Source: Flaccisagitta enflata (lineage: Eukaryota). Taken from it: a stretch of 64,000 bases of DNA. Of this stretch, positions 42,795 through 57,909 are shown one piece after another. Under the pieces are notes generated by a model. That model was given only the letters and a program-made list of their open reading frames with translations, ran no database searches and had not been told where the DNA came from. Both the position numbers and the translations under genes were made by a program. Where the stretch lies: contig OZ231126.1 in the NCBI GenBank assembly GCA_965153355.1, positions 43,214,001 through 43,278,000 on the forward strand, read 5' to 3'. Within the stretch, counting starts at the first letter, position 1; the number at the start of each line of letters is the position of its first letter.

Positions 42795-43199
42795 CAAAGA
42801 AAAAAGATTTCGTGAAAACCTAATGAAATCATCTCTCCTGAACAGTGAGAAAGTTCTTTCAAAACATTCCCCTTTTAAGGCAGGAATCGGCATTATCCGA
42901 TTCTTACTCAAAACTAAACTCAAGTCAACGGCCTTGATTCTGATTCTGCATTTGATTCTTCTGCAGCAAACTGATCGTTTATTCTCGTCTCTTCTTCTAT
43001 ACGATGCTCATAAATTCAAATCGAGAAAAGTCGTAATGACTTTGAGACTCTGCATCGATAATACGAAGAGAACGGAGGAAATGGAATGATGAGTGCCTTG
43101 TTGAAGATGATGCTAATAATATGCGCAGCCAGTGTGGAAGCGATGGTGGCTTATTCACTGTCTCAGTTTCTGTCTTTTCTTCTATCTGTGGTTATGATA

Positions 43200-43802
43200 C
43201 TACGCGAATCAATGAAAAAGCCGCACTTTTAAATGACAATTCATCAAATTGAATTTCAAAATAATTAAGTAAAATATTAGGCCATTTTAAGGCTCTCAAA
43301 GAGAACTTTCCTTTAGCCCCAATCTGGTATTTCTAGCTTTATTTGTTTAGAAATGGCATAAAAAAAGAGCAAAAACATTATTATTTTCTGTTTTGCAATC
43401 TTATTGGAAAATGAGCATTTTTGCAAAGTAGAGGTTCAATTTAACAAGCTCTATCTTCTAAACAGTTTGAGATGCAGACCTGGGATTGGTCTAGAATGAA
43501 AGAAATTCTAAAAATTTTCAAAATCAATTAAACAAAAAAAATTTCAAATAATTTTTTCTATTTCCTCTACTCACTTACAAAAGGGTGCGGCTCTTTTTTA
43601 GTTGCGGACACGCAACTCTATAAGAGGCTTTGTCCGTCCGTTGGTTGGTCGGTTGGTCCATCCGTCCATGGACACGAGTCGAAAAGTGAGGAAATGAGCG
43701 TTTTAGAACATTTTTAGTTGCGGACAGTTGCATTTCCGCCCCTGCCCACCCGTCCGCAACTGATGGCCGTGTATCCGGCCTTGTTTTTTTCTATTCGCGT
43801 AG
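43200..43802. mobile_element. TA-flanked MITE whose right TIR is split by a nested HINE family A insert (~43595-43785)
   Basis: Left TA|CTACGCGAATCAATGAAAAAGCCGCAC; right GTGCGGCTCTTT[insert]TTTTTCTATTCGCGTAG|TA. Confidence 0.8.
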
Positions 43803-43995
43803 TAGGTTGAACAATATCCCTCACTATACCCAAACGGACTAGTCACTACGCGCATCACTCCTAGTTTTCCATTTAGCTTATCTGTTTGACTGTTTTTCTG
43901 ATTGTTTGTCTTTTTGTCTGTGTATCTTTCGGTCTGAAAGTCTAACTGAATGACTGACTGTCTTTGACTCTGTTTCTGTATGCTTGTCTGTCTGT

Positions 43996-44367
<372 letters not shown>

Positions 44368-45004
44368 ATTTTCTAGCAATTGTACTGTCCTTGCAGTCTC
44401 TGAGGCGATCATCAACTCTGATTATCGTCGCTTTTCAAAAGCCAGATCGACTCAGAATGTTTATAATCAAAGATTTCTCTTCCATTTCATCTACCATCAA
44501 GATATTGCGAAAGATTGCCTCGAGACCAAAGAGATTTCCTTTGAGATTGCCTTACATGAAACAGTTTAGCTCCTAAACAAAGTGGATTGCAAGGGATTGA
44601 AATAGAATGGCAGATATCAATTCCGACGCTTTACACGAAGAAGTCAGTAACGCAGTTGTTTTTAGCTCCTTATGATAAAGATGTCATTAAGCTAATGGAT
44701 AAAAGGCTCTCTATCACAGTTTGGCAAGTAATCTGTTCCAATATGACACTTTTATTTCTATAAAAGTACTTTGAAAAGACAGTGGTGAAAACTGGTGATA
44801 GACGTCCTTGACCGTAAAAGATTTGTAAGAAAGACTGTGATTCAAATTGGTGTCATCTGAAAGCTCAAAGTGAAGAGATGACTTATTGCGGCTGAAATTC
44901 ATCCCATGATTCGAACCTTCCGCTTCGCTGATTTGTCAGGTGTGCATTGCAGAATCATTTTATCAGTTGGTCGGGAAGAACAGTCCATCAAATCCCACCC
45001 TAAA

Positions 45005-45185
45005 GGGTACACGGCTACCGAAGTCGCGTGCGGATGGGCAGGGGCAGTGACGAAAAGGTTAACCCAAGCATTTGGGCAGGAGCGGCTGTGCAAAACGGCC
45101 CATAAACGCCGAAAAAGCAAACGGTGACCGACCGAGCGACCAACCGCCATAGCGGGCTATAAAGTCTCGTGCACGCGACTAAAAA
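45005..45185 (-). mobile_element. HINE-like family A element
   Basis: TACACGGCTACCGAAGTCGCGTGCGGATGGGCAGGGGC...CGTGCACGCGACTAAAAA. Confidence 0.8.
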
Positions 45186-45654
45186 CACCTAACGCCACTT
45201 TATCCCACTCCACCCACCGCACGCCGTTAATTATAGCATTGAAATTTTCTCTTTGTTCATATATCATCATTTCAATTTTTATTTCGCGCTGTAATTTTAC
45301 TCAAAGCATCGCCATTTTCCCATCCCCAAATTTTCAAGGCAACTTTATGCAGAAAAGGATTTTAAAAGTTGAGATACGCAAGAACGCTTCCATTCTTCAT
45401 TTTTTCAAACGTGGGAGTAAAAATCAAGTCCGGTCTCAGCCACACGTTTCTTTTATTCGTTCGCTCATTTGTGTTAAACCTCTTCCGGTCTTTTTATAAC
45501 CGAAAGATTCTAAAATTTTTCACCTCAGTCTCTTGTCTTGAAATTTTACTTCTTGTTTTTCTGTTTTTGTTCTGTTTTGTCTTCCTGTTGTTGCTTTCTT
45601 TCTGTCTGTCTCTCTTACTCTCTTTCTTTTTTTCTTTTACCTAGTTATAGTTAC

Positions 45655-46348
<694 letters not shown>

Positions 46349-46625
46349 TTCTATCTTCCTTTTTCCCATTTCAGAGTAACTCCTAACTTGTTATCACAGA
46401 AACCGATCAGTTTCTTCCAGTCGATCTGCCGCCTTTTAAAATTTCTTTCTTTTCTTATTCTGTTTCAATTTTTTGTCTGTCTTTATGTTCTTTCTCCCTA
46501 TTTCCTTCTTTATTCCCTTTTTTTTCAAATTGAAAGTCTTCCTAATTCCAACCGCTTCAGTATTTTTTGCGTCCTAAAAACTCGTTAAGTCGCTTCGATT
46601 TTAACAGCTTTTTTCGAGAAATTGA

Positions 46626-46689
<64 letters not shown>

Positions 46690-47389
46690 AGCGGACAGAC
46701 TGACAGGAGGAAGACAGGAAAATTTTCAGTCAGACAGAGGATGCAAAGACGCACGAATAAAGCGACGGATAGAAGAAGCAAAACCCAGAGGAAAAGCCAC
46801 TTGAAAAGGACGGACGGACAGACAGACCGAAAGCCTGTTATAGGGTGCGTGTCCACAACTCAAAACGAAAAAAATAACAGAAAGATAAAAAGTGAAACAC
46901 AATCGGGAGCGTCACGAAGTTGGTCACAGCCACGCAACAAATCAAACAAATTGGGACAGGATGCGATGTTGAGACAGACAGGAACAAAGCAGAAACATAG
47001 ATCAAAACGGACAGATATGGGGAAAGGAAAAAAAGAGAGAAATTAAGACTTCCTTTTTAACTACGACGTGTAATTAAGAGGAAATCGTGATGACAACTCA
47101 GTCCGTAACTGCCATATACCACCATTCTCCTTCTCCTCCTCCTCTTCCCTCTTCTCCTCTTCCCCCTTCTGCTCTTCCTCATCATCTCTTACTTTGTTCA
47201 ATCACACCGCCCACCCGATTTGTTAACGTTCCTAAAACATAGGCAAGGACTTGTCGAGGTCTTATCAAATTATACTGTCGAGAGAAACTCGGGTAGAAAC
47301 TGGGTGAGAACGAAAAAAGAAAAGGTTTAACACGGGAAGCACTTCACTGTCACGCTTTTTAAGTTTTTTCTTCTTCTCGGCATGTGAAG

Positions 47390-47441
<52 letters not shown>

Positions 47442-47628
47442 GCCGACCGATGGTCCGATGAACCCACGGATCGACTAACGCGACTTAAAAGATACTCAGA
47501 CGTAACTAAAACTAGTAGTGAAAATTCATTACCGTCAGTACTTTAAGTAACATGAGGTTGAGTTTTATTCGACTTCAGTACGTACGACATAATCAGTCTG
47601 GAGCCTTGAATGAGGAAAAAAAGAGAAA

Positions 47629-47683
<55 letters not shown>

Positions 47684-47993
47684 GCCACGATGGGGATGGA
47701 ATTGTGGGCGCAATGTATCTGAATCATTTCATTTGCATATCAATTTAGGACAAGACGCAGTTTGGCCGAAAAAAACTTCTTCTTCTTGGCGGGCTTTTCA
47801 TCTACATCTCCCGCGGCTGCGCGGTCAGCGCAAAAGGTCATCTTCAGTGCAGCGAACAAACTGCCAACTCGACAGCCGGTTGTATTTGCAAGGGCTTTCA
47901 ATTGATGGGAGGTTTATTAGCTAAACTCTCATTTTCAAATTAGATGCGATTCCAACAGATGAACCTAAGGACAGACAGAGAGACGGGAAGATA

Positions 47994-48160
47994 CAGTGAA
48001 AACCCGCAAAACGGATGTCTATTTCAACCTAATTTATTTGGAATTCTGTTATTGCCAATGTAGAAATAAAAAAAAAAGATGTTGAAGAGACAAACATTTT
48101 TTATCCATCATAGGTGGATTTTCATTACTGTGGATTTCGTTTTAGCGGGGTAACTGCCTG
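47994..48160. mobile_element. Short TA-flanked MITE (pogo/Tigger-like termini), diverged; reverse copy of 53437-53607
   Basis: TA|CAGTGAAAACCCGC...GCGGGGTAACTGCCTG|TA. Internal GTTATTGCCAATGTAGAAATAAAAAA mirrors TTTTAATTTCTATGTTGCCAATAAC. Confidence 0.65.
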
Positions 48161-49089
48161 TAATTGTGTCTACAGAACCAACAAAAGGATTGAGTCTATA
48201 CGTAACGATTCATTGCGAGCAGAGACCCGACCGGATACACATATACAATACATATACAATACAATACAATACAATACAATACAATACAATACATATACAT
48301 AATACAATTTTGCTTTATGTTTCATTAACGTGGGAAAGATAATAAAGTACCGACTTTATGAAGTCCCGTGGGAGTTGAATTCATCGGAAAAAAAAAGAAA
48401 AAACTCTCACTTTGCGTTAATGGTTGTCATTTACATATCAATTGATATATCTCATCAGCACAGTAGCTCCTGAGCTCCTTGACTTTCTACAGTATAACCG
48501 GAAGGACGCGAGAGTATCATTTCTGTGTAATATCATTCTAATGATTACTTAAGTATAAAACTCGTTTCCGCTTTGGACTCAATTACGACATTCCATCATC
48601 CGCTTACACACACAAAAGATAATAACAATGACTTGTTCCACGGAAGACCACAATTCCAGTTCACCCGATCCTATTTTCCCAGCTTCGACGGAACGGAAAG
48701 AGCATTAAAAGTCAAATATCGCACACACACAACGACGAGACACACAAGAACAAACTTACACACGATCTGCTAGTCCAAACTTTGAGAAAGTGGCAACGGG
48801 CAGCGACACTGAATGGAGTATGCTATTTCGTCATGTGCCCAAACCTATCGCCAGACGCGACGGTCGAACAACTTCCATCTACCGACCAACAGACATGGTA
48901 AGATTGCATGCTTGCAAATTAAAAAAAAAAACTAATGAAAAAGTCAAAACTTCAAAACGTAAGAAGCTGGCGGAAATTTGGTGTCCTGAAAACCTGTTTT
49001 CGAGAGGATTTTGACGAGTCGTTTGAACGATTAAGACCCGCGTCGGTGCATTGAAAGAAAGAGTTGAAATAAGAAAAATGCCTTCAGGC

Positions 49090-49256
<167 letters not shown>

Positions 49257-50036
49257 GTGTTCTATGCGTATCTCCTCTCTCCGGATTTCCTTCCGGTGCC
49301 ACGATGACAAACCGGCTTGTAACTCTTTTTTAAACGCTTGGTTTAATGTGTATTCTTTCAATTTTTTAACTAACTTTTACTTTCAATACTCTTCCGCTTG
49401 TTTTCTTTGTAAAATCATGTCTATTATTAATAGGAGAATATTTCTTTATAAATACATGTCAATTCTTCCCTCAATCATTCATTCAAAATACTCAATCAAT
49501 CATTCAAAATACTTATCATTAAACAATCATCATGATCATGATTTAAGCAATAAATAGCAATTAATCAGTCATTCATTCATCAGTCAATCCTCCATCAATC
49601 CATACATCCATTTATCAATGAATCAATCAATTAATCGATCGATCGATCGATCAATCAATCATTATTTCCACATTCCCTTTCTCTTGCTCTTTCCTAATCC
49701 TTCCATCTCCACATCCCCGTCTTCATTATTCATTTGTTCATTCCTTTCTCCCAATGAAACATGGTTTATACCTTCTTTGAGTTGGTGGCTCAGCTGGTAC
49801 TCGACTGGTTACGCTAGAATCTGACGGCCGTTTATTCCATTCAACGTGACCGTTCCTCTCCAGTCTCTCTCGTCAGACACTTCATTTCCTTCATCAATCT
49901 CTCTTCAGTTGCAGATGATATTTTTGAGGGTTACTTTATTGTTTTGGTTACTGGCCCGAGAGTCTCGATTATATTCCGTGGAATATGTGTTGATTACCTA
50001 TATTTCCGTTTTAATATGTATCTATCAATCACTCTG

Positions 50037-50078
<42 letters not shown>

Positions 50079-50157
50079 AGTCCGTCTGTATACTCATCTT
50101 CGATTACTTTTAGACATTCTTATAAAGAAATTGTCGTTTCATAAGACGAGCTCTTGC

Positions 50158-50260
<103 letters not shown>

Positions 50261-51064
50261 CAATTGCAAACTCTAGAAATACAAAATTACTGATATCCAG
50301 TAAAGCCTGCATTTTTCTCTCCCCTAGAAACGAGACGTAAGTGACTTTTATAATCGCGGAAGAGAGTTCGGCAACGACGTTGATTACTAAACAAGGTCAT
50401 TAGACCAACGCCACGAGCTTCAGCACATACAGAGAAAGTCAGACAGACAGACAGACGAAGTTTAAAATTGTTAAAATGACATATAAATTAGCTGTCTACT
50501 CCTCCAATTTTTTTCTCAGTTGTTAAAAAATGTAAAAAACGCCGAAAACCCTTTCAAACAACTTTGTGACGGACGGATGGACGGACGGATGGACGGGCCA
50601 AAAAATGGCCTATATAGTCGCGAAAATCCCATGTTTACAAGAATAAGGCTACACATGCACGGTTTTGAAAAAAAAAATCACAATGAATTCAGACTAAAAT
50701 CTATCCATCCACCGCTAAGTAAAACTACGTATTCTAATCACTAAGGCACTAAGATCCTATACATCTTTTTGGCAAAGAAGGAGTTGACTTTTAAACAAAT
50801 TTCTCTCCTTTATCCATAACTAACAACAAACAAAAAAGTTGTCTTTCTTCCTTGCTTTCTATCTTTCTTTCTTTCTTTTTATTTCATTCTTTCAACAATT
50901 ACATTTACAGATCGATGCGTTTACCGGGCATCAGGTTCGGCGTGGAGCTTAACAGCCGGGAGTCGGAGGAGACTGAAAAGTGCGGGACAGCGGGGACACC
51001 CGAGGACAGTACGTTGGTCGCGTAAACCAGTCAACTGGAAAATATCGGCCTACTTTGGTAAATC

Positions 51065-51096
<32 letters not shown>

Positions 51097-51489
51097 GACA
51101 GACAGACAAGGAAAGAGAGAGATGTCATTGTGTATTTCGACATGAAAGACAGATGATTATAGGAGTTGGGATGAGTTCATAAAATCGAATTACGAAAACT
51201 GCGACTTTGGTTGGTTGTTTCTGAATTATCCACGACCACAAAAAAGTTATTGCCTACATTGAACGTAAACCACGACCTGCCCGTCTGTACATAGTGGCCA
51301 ATTGCTCCGAAAGAAACGTTAAATATTATATCATCGGCGAATCAACTGACGAAGGAAGAATATAGACCCCCGACTATCGGTTAAACGTCTATGTCAAAAC
51401 AGATTTCCTTTTTTATATTCGTGCTAATAAATGTAGGAAAAAAAGTGACAAACGAAAATAAAAATCATTGATTGGACTTATATCATTCA

Positions 51490-51538
<49 letters not shown>

Positions 51539-51940
51539 ATACTCTAATGGGAAGGGTTAGAGATTGGAAATTACGAATTAGCGTTGATGAGCACTGCCTG
51601 ATTTAATCTTTACGACTGTGGATGTCTCAAGTGTCCAAGGATAGGTTTCTTCCTATTTAGACTCTGTCTAGTCTTATTCATTTTTCTCAGTAATTTTCTT
51701 TTCGTTTATTTTTTCTTATTTTTCTTCTTCCTCTTCATCTTTCTAACTACTCCTCTTCTTTCTCTTCCTCTTTCTCTTCTTCTTCATCTTCATCTTCATC
51801 TTCATCTTCATCTTCATCTTCATCTTCTTCTTCTTCTTCTTCTGCTGCTTCTTCTTCTTCTTCTTCTTTCTTTTTGCTCGAACTTTCGTGGTACTGATAT
51901 CTTTATTCTGGAATACTTAGTTTCTTCTTCTTCTTCTTCC

Positions 51941-52420
51941 TTGGCAGCGAGGGCGATGTCCTGTAGAACACAGGGGGAATTTCGAGACGTCTGTCCGTCC
52001 TTCCGTCCGTCCCCCCCCATTGACCAGCAAGGCCTCAAATTAGCCCTCCCAGGCCTCAATTTAGCCCTCAAGGCCTCAAATCAGCCCTCTTGGCTTCAAA
52101 TCAGCCCCCTATGCCTCAAATCTGCCCTCCAGACCTAAAATCTGCCCTCCAGACCTTCAATCAGCCCTCCAAGCAAAAAACCAGCCCTCCAAACCTTAAT
52201 TATACCCTCCAGCCCTCAAATATGCCTTCAGTGGCCTAAATCAGCCATCTAGAGCCCCCTCAGGACAGACGAAAGGACGGACGTCTCGAAATTCACCCCT
52301 GTCTTCTACAGGACATCGGCCCTTTGGGGCCGCTGCCCTGCTCTCACTCCACTTCTTCACTGGATCACTCCCAGCAGGGCATCGGGTACCGCTGACCATG
52401 TGCAATCCTTGGATGACTAG
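51941..52420 (+). mobile_element. HINE-like family B element
   Basis: Inverted repeats GATGTCCTGTAGAACACAGGGGGAATTTCGAGACGTC / GACGTCTCGAAATTCACCCCTGTCTTCTACAGGACATC around a 21-bp array. Tail CGGGTACCGCTGACCATG...GACTAG. Confidence 0.82.
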
Positions 52421-52575
52421 TTTTAGTTGCGGACACGCAACTCTATAAGATGCTTTGTCCATCCGTCCGTCCGTCCGTCCGTTGCTCCGTATTGATCGAG
52501 TCGAAAAGTGGGAAAGTGTGCATTTCCGCCCCTGCCCACTCGTCCGCAACTGGTGGCCGTGTATCCGGCCTTGTT
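52421..52575 (+). mobile_element. HINE-like family A element abutting the 3' end of the family B copy
   Basis: TTTTAGTTGCGGACACGCAACTCTATAAG...GGCCGTGTATCCGGCCTTGTT. Confidence 0.87.
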
Positions 52576-53001
52576 CTCCTTCTTCTCCCAAACTTTTTCT
52601 ACTCCACCACCTTCTTCCCAAAAGACCTTCGGTTTGACTTCAATTTGATTAAGAAATCGGTTGACACGCAGGGACCGATTCTGATATGTCATCAAGTGTC
52701 GCCTTAAACGAACCTCTTATCTCTTATCTTCCAAATTGCATTCATAAAAATAGTTCATTTATATGCACGCAGAGTTATCAACGCATGCTGGAATATTCTA
52801 CATAAATCATAGGCGAAACAACAAGCCTCCCGGTGGTGCAACGATGCGTCCCAGTTCTGCTATCTAACTAAGATTATCTTATGCGACTATTGCAGATCTG
52901 GCTGGTCTGGCTTGTCAAGCTGATTTATATTTTATTTAATCTTTTGATGAACAAATGAGATCTTGCTACAGTTTTTCTTTAAGCAAGTTTACTACTAGAA
53001 C

Positions 53002-53137
53002 TAGGGATGTGGAAGCGGTGGATTTTAGTGCCGCTTCCACCGCTTCCGCTTCCGCTTCCGCTTCCATTTTGTAGTTCAAATACTAGTAGCTATCCCACCC
53101 ACCAAAATGGAAGCGGTCAATCGCTTCCACATCCCTA
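53002..53137. mobile_element. Minimal hAT-type MITE (136 bp)
   Basis: Perfect 16-bp TIR TAGGGATGTGGAAGCG. Perfect 8-bp TSD ACTAGAAC (52994-53001, 53138-53145). Internal (CCGCTT)n. Confidence 0.93.
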
Positions 53138-53436
53138 ACTAGAACATTATAGACCATCCCATGAGTAGACTACAGTAGAGACGGGTTGATGGATGGACTC
53201 AAAATGTTTCATTGAAATGCATGGACGCGTATGAAAGTTGATATAAGTCTTTGAGGTTTAAGGGTACCTCAACCTCAACTTGATGTCGTAAATAGAATGA
53301 TAAGAGATATAAGATTAGATCATGACTCGTGGCCAACTCAAATGGAACTACAAATGAAAATTTCCTCTGCGTCACACAGCAATTTTAATTAGGTTAGGCA
53401 AGGGCAGGGCCAGCAATTCCAATGCTTACAGTAATA

Positions 53437-53607
53437 CAGTTACACACCGCTATAACGGATCCAAGAGTAACAAAATTTCGCCTATAATAGTTATGAATTT
53501 GTAGTCCCTTATATCATGTTTTTTTTTTAATTTCTATGTTGCCAATAACGCTTGTAATAAAAAAAATCTATTGGTCCCTTGACCTCCGTTACTGCGGGGT
53601 TTAACTG
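53437..53607. mobile_element. Short TA-flanked MITE (pogo/Tigger-like termini), 171 bp
   Basis: TA|CAGTTACACACCGCTATAACGGA...TCCGTTACTGCGGGGTTTAACTG|TA. Confidence 0.8.
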
Positions 53608-54229
53608 TACCAGCATTATGTATGCTTACCCCACCGGTTAACTTCGTTACAGGGTGTCTATTCTTTGTAAACGACGAGTTTACGATATTTATCTGAAAGG
53701 ATTATTGATAATGATTAACGATACAAACCACGGGGGTGATCCAGTTTAAAAGCTACCCAATGAAATTCCTTCGATATGACGTCAACAATCTCAGAAAAAA
53801 AGATCTTTTCATATCCGATGCAACGTCATCACACAACTCTCGGTTGTAACAATCATAATCATCATTTTGGGTAAACTGAGCTGATGTCGCCTAACTTGTG
53901 ACGTCATGAGAGATACAACAGTACACAGATACAAACTGGCCAATAAAGTTGCTTGCGGCTGGGCAGGGCAGTAATGTGGCTGGGCAGGGGCAGCTATGTG
54001 GGTGGGTGGGCAGATAATCATCAGTCATCACGTCAATGAAAAAAGCGTAATGACGGACCTGCCGACCTACCTAGCCAAAGATCTACCGCTGGACACACCC
54101 TCTTCTAGTGTCTCTCAGCAATCAGCAAGCGACTCATAACAGGCGATATTTCCAAAGGTGGTCCACACCTAGACAAATATCGACGCCAAAATCCATTTCC
54201 TATCTCATGTAGTCAATGACTACTAGTCA

Positions 54230-54578
54230 TACATTCCTACAATCATTCATTCCTACATTCATTCCTACATTCATTCATTCATTTATTCATTCATTCATTC
54301 ATTCATTCATTCATTCATTCATTCATTCATTCATTCATTCATTCATTCATTCATTCATTCATTCATTCATTCCTATATTCATTCATTCATTCATTCATTC
54401 ATTCATTCATTCATTCATTCATTCATTCATTCATTCATTCATTCATTCATTCATTCATTCATTCCTATATTCATTCATTCATTCATTCATTCATTCATTC
54501 ATTCATTCATTCATTCATTCCTTCATTCATTCATTCATTCATTCATTTATTCATTCATTCATTCATTCATTCATTCAT
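54230..54578. repeat. (TCAT)n microsatellite
   Basis: Directly visible. Confidence 0.97.
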
Positions 54579-54692
54579 TATAAGAACGAAAATGTTAGAA
54601 ACCGACGAGAGTTTCAGCTTCATTCTTTATTTGTAACAGAATTTTAGGATTGATATATATCGTATCGCCAATATTCGATAAACTATCAGGTA

Positions 54693-57196
54693 CCTGTGAT
54701 CTAGCAGACACTTGGACTCATCAGACACCTCCACTAAAATTTTCCTTCTTTTGGGGATGGATCTAGCAGGCACCTCAGCAGACACCAAAAATAAGAGCCA
54801 TGGGGATGAATCCAGCAGACACCCAGCAGACACCTACTACTAAGTTGGGGATGGATGCAGCAGACATAACAGACACCAAATGTATCGTTGTACCTGACTG
54901 AATGTCTGCAGTACCCCTTCTACTAATGTAGAGATTGGACCAGCAGGCATGAGCACCTCTTTTACTAAGTTGAGATGGATCAGAGACACCCATCAGGCAC
55001 CAAAAAACTTGGACCTTGCACTGACTATGAATGTCTAGCAGGCACCTTCTGCTAATGTGGGGATTGGACCAGCAGACACCAAGCAGACACCTACTACTAA
55101 GTTGGGGATGGATCCAGCAGACACCCAGCAGGCACCTACTACTAAAAGTTGGGGTGGATCCAACAGACACCAGCAGACACCAAATACTTAACGTTGCTGA
55201 CTATGAATATCTAGCAGGCACCTTCTACTAATTTGAGAGATGGGTCAACAGACACCCAGCAGACACCACACTATAATTTGGGGATAGGTCCTTGCAGACA
55301 CCCAGCAGACACCAAATAATTAGCGTTGTACTGACTATGAATGTCCATCGGCACCCTTCTACTAATGTTGGATTCGGACCCGGCAGACACCCAGCAGACA
55401 CCTACTACTAAGTTGAGGATGGATCAGCAGACACCCAGCAGCTTTACTACTACTAAGTTGGGGATGGAACCAGCAGACACCCAGCAGATAAAATACTTAA
55501 CGTTGGCACTGACTATGAATATCTAGCAGGCACCAGCTACTGCTAATTTGGGGATGGGTCCAGCAGACACTTAGCAGACACCTACTACTAATTTGGGGAT
55601 GGGTCCAGCAGACACCAGCAGGCACCAAATAAGTGACATTGTACTGACTATGAATGTCCATCAGGCACCTTCTGCTAATGTGAGAGTTGGACCAGCAGAC
55701 ACCAGCAGGCACCTACTACTATGTTGGGGATGGATCCAGCAGACACCATCAGACACCTAGTAGTAAGCGATATACTGACTCTATACGTGTCTAGCAGACA
55801 CCTTCTACTAATGTGGGGATTGTGTAGCAGACACCAAGCAGACACCACTAAGTTGAGGATGGATCAGCAGACACCCAGACACAAATACCCAACGTTGTAC
55901 TGACTTATGAATGTCTGGGCACCTTCTACTAAGTTGAGGATGGACTCCTTAGACACTTAGCAGACACTTACTGCTAAGTTGGGGATGGGTCCAGCAGACA
56001 TGCAGACACCAAATACTTAGATACTGACCTGAAATGTCTGTGCAGGCACCTTCTACTAATGTGGGGATTGGACCCGCAGACACCCAGCAGACACCTACTA
56101 CTATGTTGGGGATGGATCCAGCAGACACCCATCAGACACCCTATACATAGCGCTGTACGGTCTATAAATGTCTAACAGGCACCTTCTACTAATGTGAGGA
56201 TTGTGCCAGCAGACGCGCAGCAGGCACCTACTACTGGTTGGGGATGGATCCAGCAGACACCTACTACTAAGTTGGGGATGGATCAGCAGACACCCAACGA
56301 ACATAAATGCTAGCGTTATTGCTGACTATGAATGTCTGTGACACCTTCATACTAAGTTGGGGATTGGACCGGCAGACACCCAGCAGACACCTACTACTAA
56401 TTGCGGGATGGGTCCAGCAGAGACACCAGCAGACACCAAATAATTAACGTTGGCCTGACGAATGTCCATCAGGCACCTTCTACTAATGGTAAGTTGGATA
56501 CATAGACATAACAGACACCTACTACTATATTTGGGGATGGACTCAGCAGACACCCATCAGACACCTAGTACTTAGCTGTACGGCTATAAATGTCAGCAGG
56601 CACCTTCTATAATGTGAGTTATTGCAGCAGACACAACAGACACCTACTACTAGAGACAGGGGATGGGTCAGCAGACACCAGCAGACACCTACACTAGGAC
56701 AGGGATGGATCCAGCAGACACCAAATACCTAACGTTGGCTGCACTGACCTGCCAGATATCTAACTTGACACCTTCTACTAAGTTGAGATGGACTCAGCAG
56801 ACACCCAGCAGACACCCCTGCTAAGTTGGGGATGGGTCAGCAGACACCCAGCAGACACCAAATAACAACTTTGTGCCTGGCTGAATGTCTGTGAGCACCT
56901 TCTACTAATGTGAGTTGGACCATGAACACCCAGCAGACACCTACTACTATGTTGGGGATGGATCCACCAGACACCCATCGGACACCTAGTACATAGCAGC
57001 TATGCAGCTCTATAAATGTCTAGCAGGCACCTTCTACTAATGTGGGGGTTGTACCAGCAGACACCCAGCAGACACCTACTACTAAAGTTGGGATGGATCC
57101 AGCAGACACCCAGCAGACACCTACTAAGTTTGGGATGGGTTCAGCAGGCACCCAGCAGACACCTACTACTAAGTTGCGGATGAACGAGATCTACTG
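54693..57196. repeat. 2.5-kb hierarchical tandem array built from CAGCAGACACC and TACTACTAAGTTGGGGATGGATC modules
   Basis: 11-bp motif, 45-bp subunit and ~140-bp unit, with diagnostic variants recurring about every 0.4 kb. Confidence 0.92.
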
Positions 57197-57909
57197 TACC
57201 AAAGAAAACAAACCTGATGAGGTTGTGATATGTTGGAGAAGTCTTCGACTTTTTGATGTGGAATGGATGAAGTTGAAAGAGTCTGGTTTTTATTTAGCAA
57301 TGCTGTAAGAGATAAGAAAATAGAAAATAAGTAAGTCATTTTAAAAAAGCAAAATTGGTTTGTCATTTTATCGTTACACGGGAATAAACGCCACAGATTT
57401 CTTTAATAGCTCTCTTCTTCCTCATCTTTTAATGTAATCGGGCTGTTATTATCTCATCAATTCCCTTTGAATGAGAAGCTTAATATCGTATAACTCCCTT
57501 GGCCTTTCCTTCGTTAAATTGTGAACTATTCTTTACTTCAATTTCTCGACCAATTCAAGTGAGTGAGTTAATTTCAACTCTCAGAATCACCCTATCATGA
57601 TGGCGGTTATCCAATGGGCTAGGGTGGAAGGTGGTGGTTACGGGTGGATAGAGTTGAGATAGGCCTAGGAGCTTGATAGGCGGTCATTTAGGGTCAGTGA
57701 GCGGGGCTTAAAAAGTGATTTTCTTAGAATTAGATTTCCATGTGACTATGTATTCGATTTCTTAATTATGAATGATGTCAGTCAAGAGGCCGATATCTGA
57801 TTAAGAAATCAGCACGGCAACAATAAAGTGTTTCAATGGACGTAAAAATGCTCTTATATAGTTATATGCTTGAGAGTGGAAGTTACTTGACTGTTGCAGA
57901 ACGGGCATA

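Noticed and set aside
54775..57308. Repetitive protein gene (PADTQQTPTTKLGMD repeats) or CRISPR-like array
   Set aside because: The 45-bp subunit is in frame, but units are broken by frequent indels and stops, and inter-repeat segments are homologous rather than unique. Assembly indel errors cannot be fully excluded.
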